Source of the DNA: Ministeria vibrans ATCC 50519
Taxonomy: Eukaryota; Protista; Filasterea
NCBI GenBank assembly: GCA_943704425.1
Contig: CALSCP010000032.1
Coordinates: 10,053 to 56,444, forward strand
Reading direction: 5' to 3'
Length of the DNA stretch: 46,392 nucleotides
The position numbers were made by a program, and so were the translations under genes. The notes beneath the pieces were generated by a model. The model was not told where the DNA came from, ran no database searches, and worked only from the letters and a program-made list of their open reading frames with translations. Below are positions 13,160-24,643 of the stretch, piece by piece (position 1 is the first letter of the stretch; the number at the start of each line of letters is the position of its first letter).

Positions 13160-16100
13160 ATGCTGATGCTGCCGTCTCCCATTCAACCGACTATAAGCGT
13201 CCGCCGGACTTTCAACGCCACGCATCTCACTACGAGCGTCTCACGTCGCTCGGCCAGAGTTTCTCGGTGGCAGACGAACCTGCCCTCGCCTGCTGGGATC
13301 TGTGTTTTGCCATCGGTGCCAATGGCGACCTGACCATCTGGCGCGTGGACGGGCTTGATGGCCAGCCTCGTCGTATTCCCCGCGTTCAAAAGGCCTCCCA
13401 ATTTCCTTCGGTGATCCCTTCGAACGACGCCCTCAGCATTGAGCCCAATGGCTTCCTGTCCTTCTACGACCATCCCGTCTTGACCACAGCCGGTGACGAG
13501 ACCATCACCGACGCGCGACGACGCAGCACCAGCATGATGAGTGTCGACGGCCTGCGCATTAGCAAGACGGCCATTGTTAATGGTGCGTCGTCGTCGCTCA
13601 ATCGCGAACCCGGTTCGCAGTACATTTTGTCGTTGCACACGGACGGTCGCATCATCATGTGGTCGGTGAACATCAGGCACACTATTGCCGGTGCGAATGT
13701 AACGAGTGTGCATGAGCTGCGTCGTTGCTCGGGTCACACAGCGACCGTGCGTGCCATGGCGGGCCATCCCAAGCTGCCTCTGGCGGCGTCCGTTGGCGAC
13801 GACGGTGCCCTCATTGTGTGGTCCCTCGTTCGCGTTGGCTTTCTCTCGACTTCCGAGCCTCCCATGCTGGAGCGCGCACGCACCTACACCATCCATGCTG
13901 TGCCTGCCGTCTCGTGGTTTACTGACTTTCGTCCTTGGCTTGTGTGTCGTCTCGTCGACACGGATGGTTCGTCGGTTCTCGCCGTGCTTCACTACGACGT
14001 CACCGAACGTACCATCACCCGTCGTTTTATGCTGCGCGAAACTCGCCTCGGCGAGGGTGACGACTCAGACAACGACCATGATCAGGCCAGCACAGCTGCC
14101 GACACATCGGCCGTCTCAATCTCACACGTGTTTGTCTGTGTTGCCAGCGACTCTTCGGATGCACGGGTGGTTGCCGTGAACAGCGACTTTTCGCGCGCGT
14201 GTGTGTGGAATGTGATTGATTCGGACGCCGCCTATCGAGGCGAACCCATTGCACTGACGGCCGCCTGGCTTCCGCTGCCTGCCGAGTGCCGCGGTGCCAT
14301 TGCTGTCGATGCCCCACCGCGTACCTCTTCATTCCTTTTGGCCATGTCCACATCGACACCCGACGGTGGACATCTTGTGCGATTCCTCGCCTTTGACGAC
14401 GTGTCCTGGTCGCTTATTGACGCACTGCAGCTTCGCCTCTCCAATCCCGTGAGCGAACTTGCGTTTGCCTCGTGCAACCGTCTCTCCGTCACGCAGCAGG
14501 GCACCTGTGGTGTTCAGGTGTGGGAGTGTCAGTCAACGGCCCACGCCTTCCGGCTCGAAGGTGAGCTGGAGATGCCGGCATGCATGCGTTCGCCGCGCAT
14601 GTCGTGGTCGCATGGAGGTGGCGCACGTTGGGCACTGGCCGTGTGCGACGGTCAATCGCTCGTGGTGTTTGGGCGCAAGCAGAGTCACGGCGGCTGGACT
14701 CAAGTGGACCGCGTGGAGCTGCCGGCGAACAGCACGTCGCCCTTTAGCATTGCCTGGGGCGGTGGCGAGGGGACCCTGCTAGTCAGTGGCGAGCTTGACA
14801 TTCTTGTGTTTGTGGGCTGGAACGGCGAGTGTCCCGCCGACGGTAGCGAGCCCTTCCGCTGTCTCGCCGAGACACTCGATGAATTCTCGCCTTCGTTGCC
14901 TCAGTATCATCCACAGCACTTTCGTGCCTGGCTCGGACGCGGAGATTACGCTCGTTGTGATCAAATGCTGAGTTTGCTTCTGAATCACGACTCGTCGCAA
15001 TCGCAACTGTCGCTACCCGAGCATAGTGCCACGCGCGCGGCACTGCCTCTATCGGAGATTCTCGATGTGGTCGAGGCGACAGACAGTGCCAACGCGACCG
15101 ACTCAGTGACAGGATTTGGGGTGGGGTCAGCAGCAGCAGGAGGAGGAGGAGGCGTTGGAGGAACAGTATCACAGGCTGCGTCATTAGCTGGCGCCTCCCA
15201 GGTCAATTCTGTGCTGGCAACGAACGCGGCAGCGAGCAAGAACGACAAATATGATTCGCTCTTTGACGACGACGTGTTTGGCAGTGGATTTGACGATGAC
15301 GAGGAAGAAGAGGAGGAGAGCGATCAACTTGGTGGTACTGGTAGTGGCGGGGCAGGCAAGGGAAAGAGCACGGCAGCGGCAGGAATTGATGGGGGCACCC
15401 TTGCGAGCGTGACGGAGCTACTGTCTAGCAAACAGATTGCGGGTCTGACACGCCACGATCAAATGTACCTCATGGCGTTGGTGCAAACCTACGATTATGT
15501 GCACAGCAAGCCGGGCGCTCTTGACAAGTGCGGCCTACGCTTCCTCGTGGCCGCCAAAGAGTTCTCGTGTCTTGCACGTCTACTGCCGCCCAATCAACGT
15601 CCTGTGTCAGTGTCGCGCGCCGAGATAGCATGGGCCATGCTTTCGGAGACGTACGACGAGTTGCTGGAGCAGAGTCTTGTCAGTGTTGGCGGTTCGGCAT
15701 CGGAGCCTCGCTGGGAGGAGTTGCGACGCGTGGGCGCCGGCTTTTGGTTGCAGAACATTACGAGCGTGCGCACCTGGGCGCTGCGCATGGCCAAGGCGAC
15801 GTTTACGCGGACGCGTCAGCCACTTGACTGTGCGCTTGTTTACATTGCGATGGGGAAAACATCCCTGCTGCAGGGTCTGTTTAAGATGGTGCAAGACACA
15901 CGCTTGCACAGTTTTTTTGGCAACAAGTTTTCCGAGGAGCGATGGCAAACGGCCGCACTGAAGAATGCTTATGCGTTGCTGGGCAAGCAACGCTTTGAGC
16001 ACGCTGCGGCGTTCTTCTTGCTGTCGGGTTCGCTACGCGACTGTGTTCAGGTGCTGCTGCGCAATCTCAAGGATCCGCAATTGGCCATTTTGGTGTGTCG

Positions 16101-19100
16101 TCTGTACGAAGCGGACTGGGAGGCGAACGAGTCAAGTGTGATGCGCACACGCGTGCTTGACGGGCATTTGTTGACAGAGGCGCACGAGTCGGGCGACCGC
16201 TGGACTCAGTTTATTGCGCACTGGTTGCACAAGCGCTATGCGGAGGCCTTTCGTCGACTTGTAATGCCGCAAGTGGTGGAAGCTGACGACAATGCGGTGA
16301 CCCAGCTGGTCGACGAGAGCGTGTTGGAGTTTTACGAGCACATTCGTGGTCACATGTTCCTCAAAAACATCTCGGTGGGTGCTCTGCAGGAGCGCATGCT
16401 AGTGTACGGCACCGTTCAGGCACACAGTGCTCGTGGACTGCCTCTTTTGGGTCTTCAGGTGCTTCAGCGGTCGCTGCGTGTGCGCGCCTCCGACGAAGAG
16501 GACGAAGACAGCAACGACGAAGAGGATGATGGCGACGATAACAAAAACGGGGATACTGCGTGTACCGAGGGGGGTGATGCGTCCATGATTGACTCGGGTC
16601 AAGTTGGATTTGATTGGGGCGGTGGCGGCGGTGGATTGTACGATGAGGACGAGGATGATGATGCGAATCCGTTTATGACGTCGTCGACGAATGATGAGTT
16701 TGGATGGGGCGTGGAAGAGGAGGTGGAGGTGAAGAAAGTGGTAGAGGAGGAGAAGGAGGAGAAGGAGGATGACGATGATGAGACGGCAGTGGCAACCAGT
16801 GTGGCTTCGAAGAAGGAGCGAGTGCCTCGTGCGGGTCTGCTGGACACGGTGGGCTACCGTCGTGCGGTGACGACCGAGCTATTCCGCCGTCTTGTATGTG
16901 ACATGTTTACGGGTGTTGAGTGCTCGGGCAATGGTCAAGCCTGGTGTCGCGTGCTAGATGCGATTCAGAAGGACGTGACCACGGTGCGTCGCGTGCTGCT
17001 GGGCATCGAGGCCATTGAGCCAAAGATTGTGCCCAACATGTCCGAGGCACTTCACGACCTTTTGCGCTACCTTCGCTCACGCTCCAGCATCACGCTGTAT
17101 GCGTTGTTGCGCGCGAACGAGCTCTCGTTTAGTGACGGCCTCCAGACCGACGAGGGTCTTCTGTCGGTGGCCGCGTGCACTGCCATTTCCAATGTAATGC
17201 GTCATCGTGCACGCGAAATCAGCGACTTTTTGGGCACGCTGCGACCGCCACGCAAAGGGACGTCGAGTGCGGCCATTGAACGACTGGATCAGTTGAGTTG
17301 TGGTCTTTCGGCGATGCTCCAAGCGACGGCCTCGTCGCAAGCACTGCGCTATGTTGCCGACACGACGTCGTGTGCAGTCGCTAAAGAGGCACGACTGAGT
17401 CGCTTGGAGCGTTGCGAGTGTATGCTCGCCGTGTACTCGGCAGCATTTACGGTTGCGTGGATGTCGAAGGACTACCCGCGCGTGTCTGTTTTGCTTGCAC
17501 ACTTTCCCGATGGCGACTTTTGCGATACCTACCTGAGTGTGCTCGAGAGCGAGCAGCCCGTGAGTGTTCTCGACTATTTCAACGGCAAAGGGAGCACGGA
17601 CAAGGCCGCGCACTTTGGACGGCAGTTCAAGGGCGAGAATGACGCGGAGGAGAGCGACGACGACGACGACGACGAAAACGACGACAACGAGTCGGTGGAC
17701 AGTCTGCTGGCCGAGGACGCTGCTGGAGACGACACAGGCATGTTACGCAAGCTGTACGCTGAGCGACGGCGTGCGCGTGCGGCTGAGGCGGCGGGCAGTG
17801 CGGCACTGCTCGAGTTCAGCTATGCCCTGTTGAATCTTGTGGTGGTCCAGTACGTTTCAGGAATGCTCCGGGGCTTCATTCGCGTGGCCGGCTACGAGAA
17901 CGACGTAGACATTTCCCCCTTGCTGCACACCATTGTGCACGCATTGGATTTGCGCGTGCTGTTTGTGCAGGAGGAGATTGCACGGCTACCGTTTCCGCCG
18001 CTTCTGCAGGAGATGTTGCATGGCGACGAGGCGCCCAGCGAGTCGCCAGAGGAGCGCTTCAACACAGTGATGGCTCGTCGCAAGAATCCCTTTTACGGAC
18101 GAGATCCGGCCGCACAGAAACTGTTTGCAGCGCTGCTTCAGGAAGAGCCGGTGCGCGACACAGTGGTTCTCTATCTGTACATGCATCCGCGCATGGGCGA
18201 GGCGGCAGACGGTGCAAGCGACGACAATGACGAGAGTGGTGGCACGATGCGGATCTCGGGGAGCGCCCAGGCGCTGACGAACATGGCCGAAGCGGCTGCG
18301 GCAACAGCGGACGAGGCAGCGACGTTGGCGGCTCGTGCGGCGGGCGCCACGTCGGTCTACTCGGGTGCTGACAGTGGCGCCGTGCTGTCGTTTTGTATCA
18401 ATCCAACGGATTCAACGACACTGGCTATTGTCACGGCCAAGGATCTCACCGAAAGCTGTGTGGCGTCTGCCATGGCGCAGCAGCAGACGCTCGTGTCCGC
18501 CGCAATGAACACGGCGGTGCGAACGGCTGCCATGGCGACTGCCGCTGCAAACACAGCGCAGACGTCGAATGTCGTGTCACCTCGCCCCCAGTCGCCGCAA
18601 CAGCAACCGCCACCGGGAACTCTTTCGCCTCCAACCGCACCTGACGAGTCTGCGGCCAGTGCCACGGTGCCGTCCGCTTTGTCGCTTGGCCCTGTTGCTC
18701 CTGCTGGCAACAACTTGAGCTTGGCGAGTGCATTTGCGTCGGCCAAGGTGAGCGACACACGTGGTGCAACGCCCGTGAGCAAGAGCAGCGCCAAAGAGTC
18801 GAGTGTGGCGAGTCGAGCCTCGCTTGCTGGCGGTGTGTCGCGAACGGGCGGATCCAGTACGGTTTCGACGCCGGGAGTGGGCTCGGCGTCGCGAGCGTTC
18901 AATCCGGACGATTTAACGGCGCAAGTGACACGACGACTTGCTGAGCTTGTGGTGGAGCGAGAGCAGCGAAAATTGTCGGCGAGCACACACATGCTGTCGT
19001 ACATGTCTGGCTCGAACCTGCAGCTGGGCTCGGGTGTGAATGGCGGTAGTGGCAATGGGACACTGGGTGGAATCTTGGCTGGTGGTGGTGGCGGCGGCGG

Positions 19101-20337
19101 CGGCGGTGTGAATGGTGGTGGTGGTAGTGATGTCAATGTGAGTGAGCGACTGCGACGTGGTACGGCGGGAGTGCGTTGGGTAGAGGCACATCCACTGGGT
19201 GAGATGCCGTTTTACCTGTCGGGCTCGGGAGACGGCACCGTGCAACTGTGGCAATTTGGTCAGGCGAACGCGCTGCACACGTATCGCACAGCGTCCCACC
19301 GTGCCATCACTCGAGTGCGCTTCAACTCGTTTGGAAGCAAGTTTGGAGTGTGTGACGAGCACGGGGACCTGTCGGTGTGGCGCTTTGACGCGGGTGCGCA
19401 AGAAGAGCCTGTCTGTGTGCTGCCGTGTCACAAGGTGTGCTACGACTGTGCGTTTCTCAATAGTGCGTCGTTTCTGGCGACGGTGGGTCAGGCGAACGAG
19501 GGCGAGCAGGGAAACGTGTGCATTTGGGACACGCTGGTGCCACAGGAGCGTGCAATGGTGAAACGCTTTGTCGGGCACGACGGAGGAGCGACTGCGGTCG
19601 CGTACTCGCCTCGGCGTTTGGCGGTCTTTTCGGGTGGACGCGACGGCACAGTGAAGATGTATGACGTGCGCCAGCGCACGCTGATGTACTCGTGGAAACC
19701 GCACAGGAATGCCGTGCACTCGCTAGAGGCAGTCGAGGACGAGCAGGGACGTGAGCGGCTGGTCGTGAGTTCGGTACATGGCGAAGTAGTCGTTATTGAT
19801 TTGGGGTCCATGAGCGAAGTCCAGCGCATCTCACTCGGGGCCCTTGCGTCGTCGTCAAGAGGGTAACAAAAGAAAAGGAGAGAGAGAGTTTGAGAGAGAG
19901 AGAGTTTGAGAGAGAGAGAGTTTGAGAGAGAGAGAGAGTTTGAGAGAGAGAGAGAGTTTGTGAGAGAGAGAGTTTGAGAGAGAGAGTTTGAGAGAGAGTT
20001 TGAGAGAGAGAGTTTGAGAGAAAGAGAGTTTGAGAGAGAGAGAGTTTGAGAGAGAGTTGAGAGAGAGTTTGAGAGAGAGTTTGAGAGAGAGTTTGAGAGA
20101 GAGTTTGAGAGAGAGTTTGAGAGAGAGTTTGAGAGAGAGTTTGAGAGAGAGTTTGAGAGAGAGTTNNNNNNNNNNNNNNNNNNNNNNNNNNNNNNNNNNN
20201 NNNNNNNNNNNNNNNNNNNNNNNNNNNNNNNNNNNNNNNNNNNNNNNNNNNNNNNNNNNNNNNNNNNNNNNNNNNNNNNNNNNNNNNNNNNNNNNNNNNN
20301 NNNNNNNNNNNNNNNNNNNNNNNNNNNNNNNNNAGAG

Positions 20338-20402
<65 letters not shown>

Positions 20403-20564
20403 AGTGTGTGTGTGTGAGTGAGCGAAGGAGTGTATACGATTCTGATTGATGTGCGTAGGTTCTTTCGGGGACATGACTTGCGGGTGTCACGCGTGATTGT
20501 GTCGCAAGGGTATGGTCTTGCGTCGGCTTCTGATGGCGGAGTCTACCGCTTTCCCATTGTTTAG
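11584..20564 (+). CDS. DMXL: DmX-like / Rabconnectin-3 alpha / Rav1 (V-ATPase assembly; WD40 + Rav1p_C). Exons 11584-19862 and 20459-20564
   Basis: N-terminal WD40 region with FSPD..FAT.G..DRMVKVW and YLAHPRAV; Rav1 C-domain motif [23 protein letters not shown]; C-terminal WD40s. A phase-2 intron leads to a last exon [12 protein letters not shown]...[10 protein letters not shown] that completes the final blade. Confidence 0.92.
19878..20420. repeat. Compound satellite in the DMXL intron: (GA)nGTTT repeats, N gap 20166-20333, then (TA)n(TG)n
   Basis: Directly visible. Confidence 0.9.
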
Positions 20565-20578
20565 TCATCGACAGACTG

Positions 20579-20583
20579 AGAGA

Positions 20584-20675
<92 letters not shown>

Positions 20676-20690
20676 GAAAGAGAGAGAGAG
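20579..20690. repeat. (GA)n microsatellite between convergent DMXL and MEF2 3' ends
   Basis: Directly visible. Confidence 0.9.
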
Positions 20691-20783
20691 TGTTTCTTTG
20701 TACAGTGGAGCGTATTAATTTTCTTCTTTTACAAATGGGACTGAAAAAAAAACGAAAATTCATCTTGAGTGTATATTGTATTG

Positions 20784-22452
20784 TTAAGTTTTGGGTACAG
20801 ACGAGCGACGTCTGGTCACGGGGCCAGCGGAGGAAGGAGGTTCGGTCTGTGAGGAAGAGTTACCCTGTTGCTGCTGTTGTTGTATCATTTGTTGGTGCAT
20901 TTTCATCTGATACTGAGAGAGAAACAAAGTGATAAAGAGAGAAACAAAGTAATAGAGAGAGAGAATGTGTGTGTGAGTGAGTGAGAGACATTGCTGTGTG
21001 ACTGAGTGGGGTACTTCAAAGAATGGTGTTCCTGGTGCGGCACTGGCGACAGTGCCAGAGTCCATGAGAAAGTAACTTGGCTGCAAAAGAATGATAAAAA
21101 CAAGTGAGTGAGCAAGAGGACGACACACACAAAGAGTTTGTTACTGTGAGTGGTTGGAACATTGGACTAGACATCATTCCGGGAGTTGCAATGGGAAAGT
21201 GCGTCAGACCCTTTTCCGTCAAAATTTGCTACAGAAGAATAAATTCATGCCGATTGGTGCGCGTTAAGTCTGTGCCTTGTGTGTACCTGGAACTGTTCGT
21301 TGACTTCGCGGTATTTGGCTTCGGTTCGGGGAGTGAGGACAGGCGGCTGCGTAGGAATGAGCAGTCAGCATCACGGAAGTGTGCATGTGTATGAGTGTGT
21401 AGTGCATGTGTATGAGTGTGTAGTGCATGTGTATGAGTGTGTATCTTTGTGGTGTGTGTTACGGGATCATCTTGGCCAGGAACAGGCATCCATGATTGCA
21501 TCATGGCCGCCTGTTGATCGAGTTGCTGTTGCTGGTGTTGTGCCTGACTGCCCCCTTGCGCCGTGGAGGGAGCGCCCTGTGCTGCGTAAGAACGCGGTGC
21601 TTCAAGGTACTGTCCCGGTGCTGTAGAGGTGGTCGTTGTCATGGAGGTGGTTGCTGAGGGTGCTGCTGCAGTGGCCGCAGCAGAGGCGACATGCGGCTGG
21701 TAGTAATGGTAGGGCTGTGGGACAGCGGCGGCTGCGGCGGCTGCGGCTGCGGCGGCTGTTGCTGCCATGGACGAGCCATCGCCCTTCTTGGCCTCCTTGA
21801 CAGCAATCGACTACACACAAACAGACGGGTCAGGGGCTGTGGCGGGCAGCTGCTGCGCTGTGGACGAGCAGACCTGAGCGATGTCGGCGTTGCTGCGACT
21901 TTCGTGGGGCTGCTGATAGTCAGTGTAGCGCAGGAGAATCGAGTCCATGTTGGAGGACGCATACTGGTGGAGCTTGTCCTGGTCCGTGAATATGATCAGG
22001 GCGATCTCGCAGCCGCACAGAACACTCAGCTGCAGCGCAATAATTTGTTGTTGAATTGTTGACATGGCAAAATTCAAAAAAGAAAAAGAAGAGAAAAAGA
22101 GTCTCACCTCGTACGCCTTCTTCATAAGGCCTGTTTTGCGCTTCTGGAAGGTGACCTGCCGCCATGCACAACGGCGTACACAGAAGAATCGTATGTGTCA
22201 GGCAAGAGGAAACAGAGCAAAGTGGGGATTTTCAGTTTTTTTTCTGGGGTGAAGTGTCAAACGCCAAAAACGGATTTGAGGAGCATAAAGAAGGGAAGAG
22301 AAGGGCGGGAGACAGGCAAGCAGGGCCAGTGTGCCGCACCAGGCACTGGCCGGGGGGCGGGGCGGCGCAGAGGGCGGCGCAGAGGGCGACGCGCGTACCT
22401 GCCGATTGCGAGGCTCGACGATGCGCTTGATGGCGATCTTCTTGCGGCCCAT
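20784..22452 (-). CDS. MEF2: MEF2-type (type II) MADS-box transcription factor, about 7 exons
   Basis: [18 protein letters not shown]|[16 protein letters not shown]|[46 protein letters not shown] is a MADS + MEF2 domain; downstream Q/A-rich exons splice in phase. Confidence 0.93.
21378..21443. repeat. Three tandem 21-bp units (GTGCATGTGTATGAGTGTGTA) in a MEF2 intron
   Basis: Directly visible. Confidence 0.8.
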
Positions 22453-22768
22453 GGTGTGATGGCAGTTGCGAACAAAGGAGATGGGGCTGGCAGTGGGAAA
22501 GAGTGGTTGGGTGTCCTCGAAGAAAGATAAAGAAAGACACTTTCAGCAAATTTGATTGGTAATAATTATTTTCAATAGTTTGCTTTGCGCTTGCGATCAA
22601 AAAATTCAAAAAGACAAAAGTTCCAAATATCACACAGATTGATTTCATTGCGTGATAGGGTGGGCACTGGGCACTGCTGTGCTGAAGTGCTGTGGTTTGG
22701 ACAGACGACGATCCGGACGTGGCGCTGGGGTGACTGGCAATTGACTTGTGTGTATGTTGCGACGGGAA

Positions 22769-23436
22769 ATGCCTCAACGTCGACTGGACGCTCGAGGCGG
22801 GCGTCCTCACTCGATGTCGACGCTCGAAATGATTGCGCGGTCCTCGAGGAGTCGTCGGTCGCCGCCGCCGCCGCCGCCCAGCGAGGATGCGGTCGAGGAC
22901 GGCGACGAGTTCACGCGTGCTCCGCCGCGCCTCAAATCGCCACCGCCGCAGTTCCAGTCCTCGCCGCCGCGACGGCCACGGCTGCAGGCACGACCTCGCA
23001 CGCGCTCGTTGGGTTCGACGGGAGCGTGTGGTGCACGGCCCGTCTCGCTTGCGTCGCTGCTTCTTGGCGAGACAGAGCCGCCGTCGGACTTCCTCTGCGC
23101 CATCACCGGCGAGCTCATGACGGATCCCGTCGTCGTGGCCAATGGAAATGCCTACGAGCGCGATGCTATTCTACAGTGGTTTCGATTGGGCCGCACAACA
23201 GATCCACTCACCAACGAGGTTTTGGCACATTGCAATGTGATTCCCTGTCTGGCTCTGCGACGCCTCATTGTGCAGTGGAAAGAGGAGCATGAAGCCATGA
23301 ATTTGTTGCGTGCCGAAGAGCTGCAACGAGAAGGTGTTGCAGGGAGAGAGACGGACGGAGGGGCGTACCGAGAGAGACGTGGCCAAGAGGAGGAGATGAA
23401 TGCGGATGTGGACGCTGTTGGTAGCGAGGGTGGTGG

Positions 23437-23489
<53 letters not shown>

Positions 23490-24292
23490 GTGAGGAGGAG
23501 GAGGATTGTGACGGAAGCGATGGTGGGGGAAACGAGGAGGGACGTAGAATACTTGCGGCTGAAATTGAAGATGTCGAGGTACGGAGTGGAGTTGGATTCG
23601 CTCTTTACGATTCACACATTCTACTTCTCTCGATGTGTGCTGTGTAGGTTACTTTGGCGCGAGCAGTCGGTGCGCTTGCGTTTGGAAATCTGCCGCTGGC
23701 TCTGGACAAATCGAGTGAGGTGATCTCGCGCACGGCAGGCACGCACGGCGGAGCGCTGTACACGCGTGGCGAGGCGCGACGCCTGCGCGGTGACTTCCGT
23801 GGCGCCATTGCCGACGCGACCGCTAGTCTCAGTGCACCGGTTGCGGGTAGTCGTCAATTGGCGCTGTGCAGTCGGTCTGTGTCGCTGTACAACGTTCGCG
23901 AGTGGGATCGTGCAGCTGCAGATGCGCGTGCCGCCGTGGCCCTTGTCCCCGATCACTATTTGGGCCATTCGTGCCTTGCCGCGGCGCTCTATCGTCTTGA
24001 CGATCTGTCTGGCTGCATTGATGCGGCTACCAAGTGCCTTGAGCGCAATCCAGCGTATGACTTTGCGCTGTTTCTGCGTGCCGAGGCACATCTGGCACTC
24101 CACAACGTTGAGCGAGCCTGTGCCGACGTGCAAGAGTGTCTCCGTCTCAACCCTCGCTCCTACATGGCACTTGTAACGCTGGGAAAGGTTCGACGTGAAC
24201 AGGGTTCGCTCGAACTGGCCAATGAGTGTTTTGCGCGAGCGCGCCGTTTGAATCCGTCGTACGCACCCGCACTAGCGCAAAGGGAAGAGTGA
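22769..24292 (+). CDS. U-box + TPR protein (putative E3 ubiquitin ligase); intron 23579-23647
   Basis: U-box PPSDFLCAITGELMTDPVVVANGNAYERDAILQWF..TDPLTN; poly-Asp linker from (GAT)n; about 5 TPR repeats. Confidence 0.85.
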
Positions 24293-24437
24293 TTTATGTT
24301 TCATTTATGTTATTATGAGCATGTGTAGCACTGTAGTGTCATTAGTGTTGGTCATTGCAAAGGTGTACGCTGTCACTGTATAAAATATTATAATATTATA
24401 ACAAATTAATTATGAATAAAGAATCACAATCGTGCTG

Positions 24438-24543
24438 GAATGAATGACGATAATGGGAGGAGCTGCGCTCCACGTAGTAGTACCAAAGCCCGGCCTATGG
24501 TCAAGCCACAGCACGCTGCACCTCCCATAACCGTCATTCGTTC
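24438..24543. mobile_element. Candidate MITE: 106 bp, imperfect terminal inverted repeats, 6-bp flanking direct repeat GTGCTG
   Basis: GAATGAATGACGATAATGGGAGG (24438-24460) matches the reverse complement of CCTCCCATAACCGTCATTCGTTC (24521-24543) at 20/23 positions; GTGCTG lies at 24432-24437 and 24544-24549. Confidence 0.55.
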
Positions 24544-24643
24544 GTGCTGTCATTAATTATTTGAGAAAGTATTTACAAAAGTGAAACATTACAATTAACA
24601 TAATAATTTTTCGAATCAAACCGCACAGCGTATACAATTATCG

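Noticed and set aside
19878-20165. Interstitial telomeric repeat
   Set aside because: Unit length varies with the (GA)n run and it does not match a TTAGGG-like unit; treated as a compound microsatellite.
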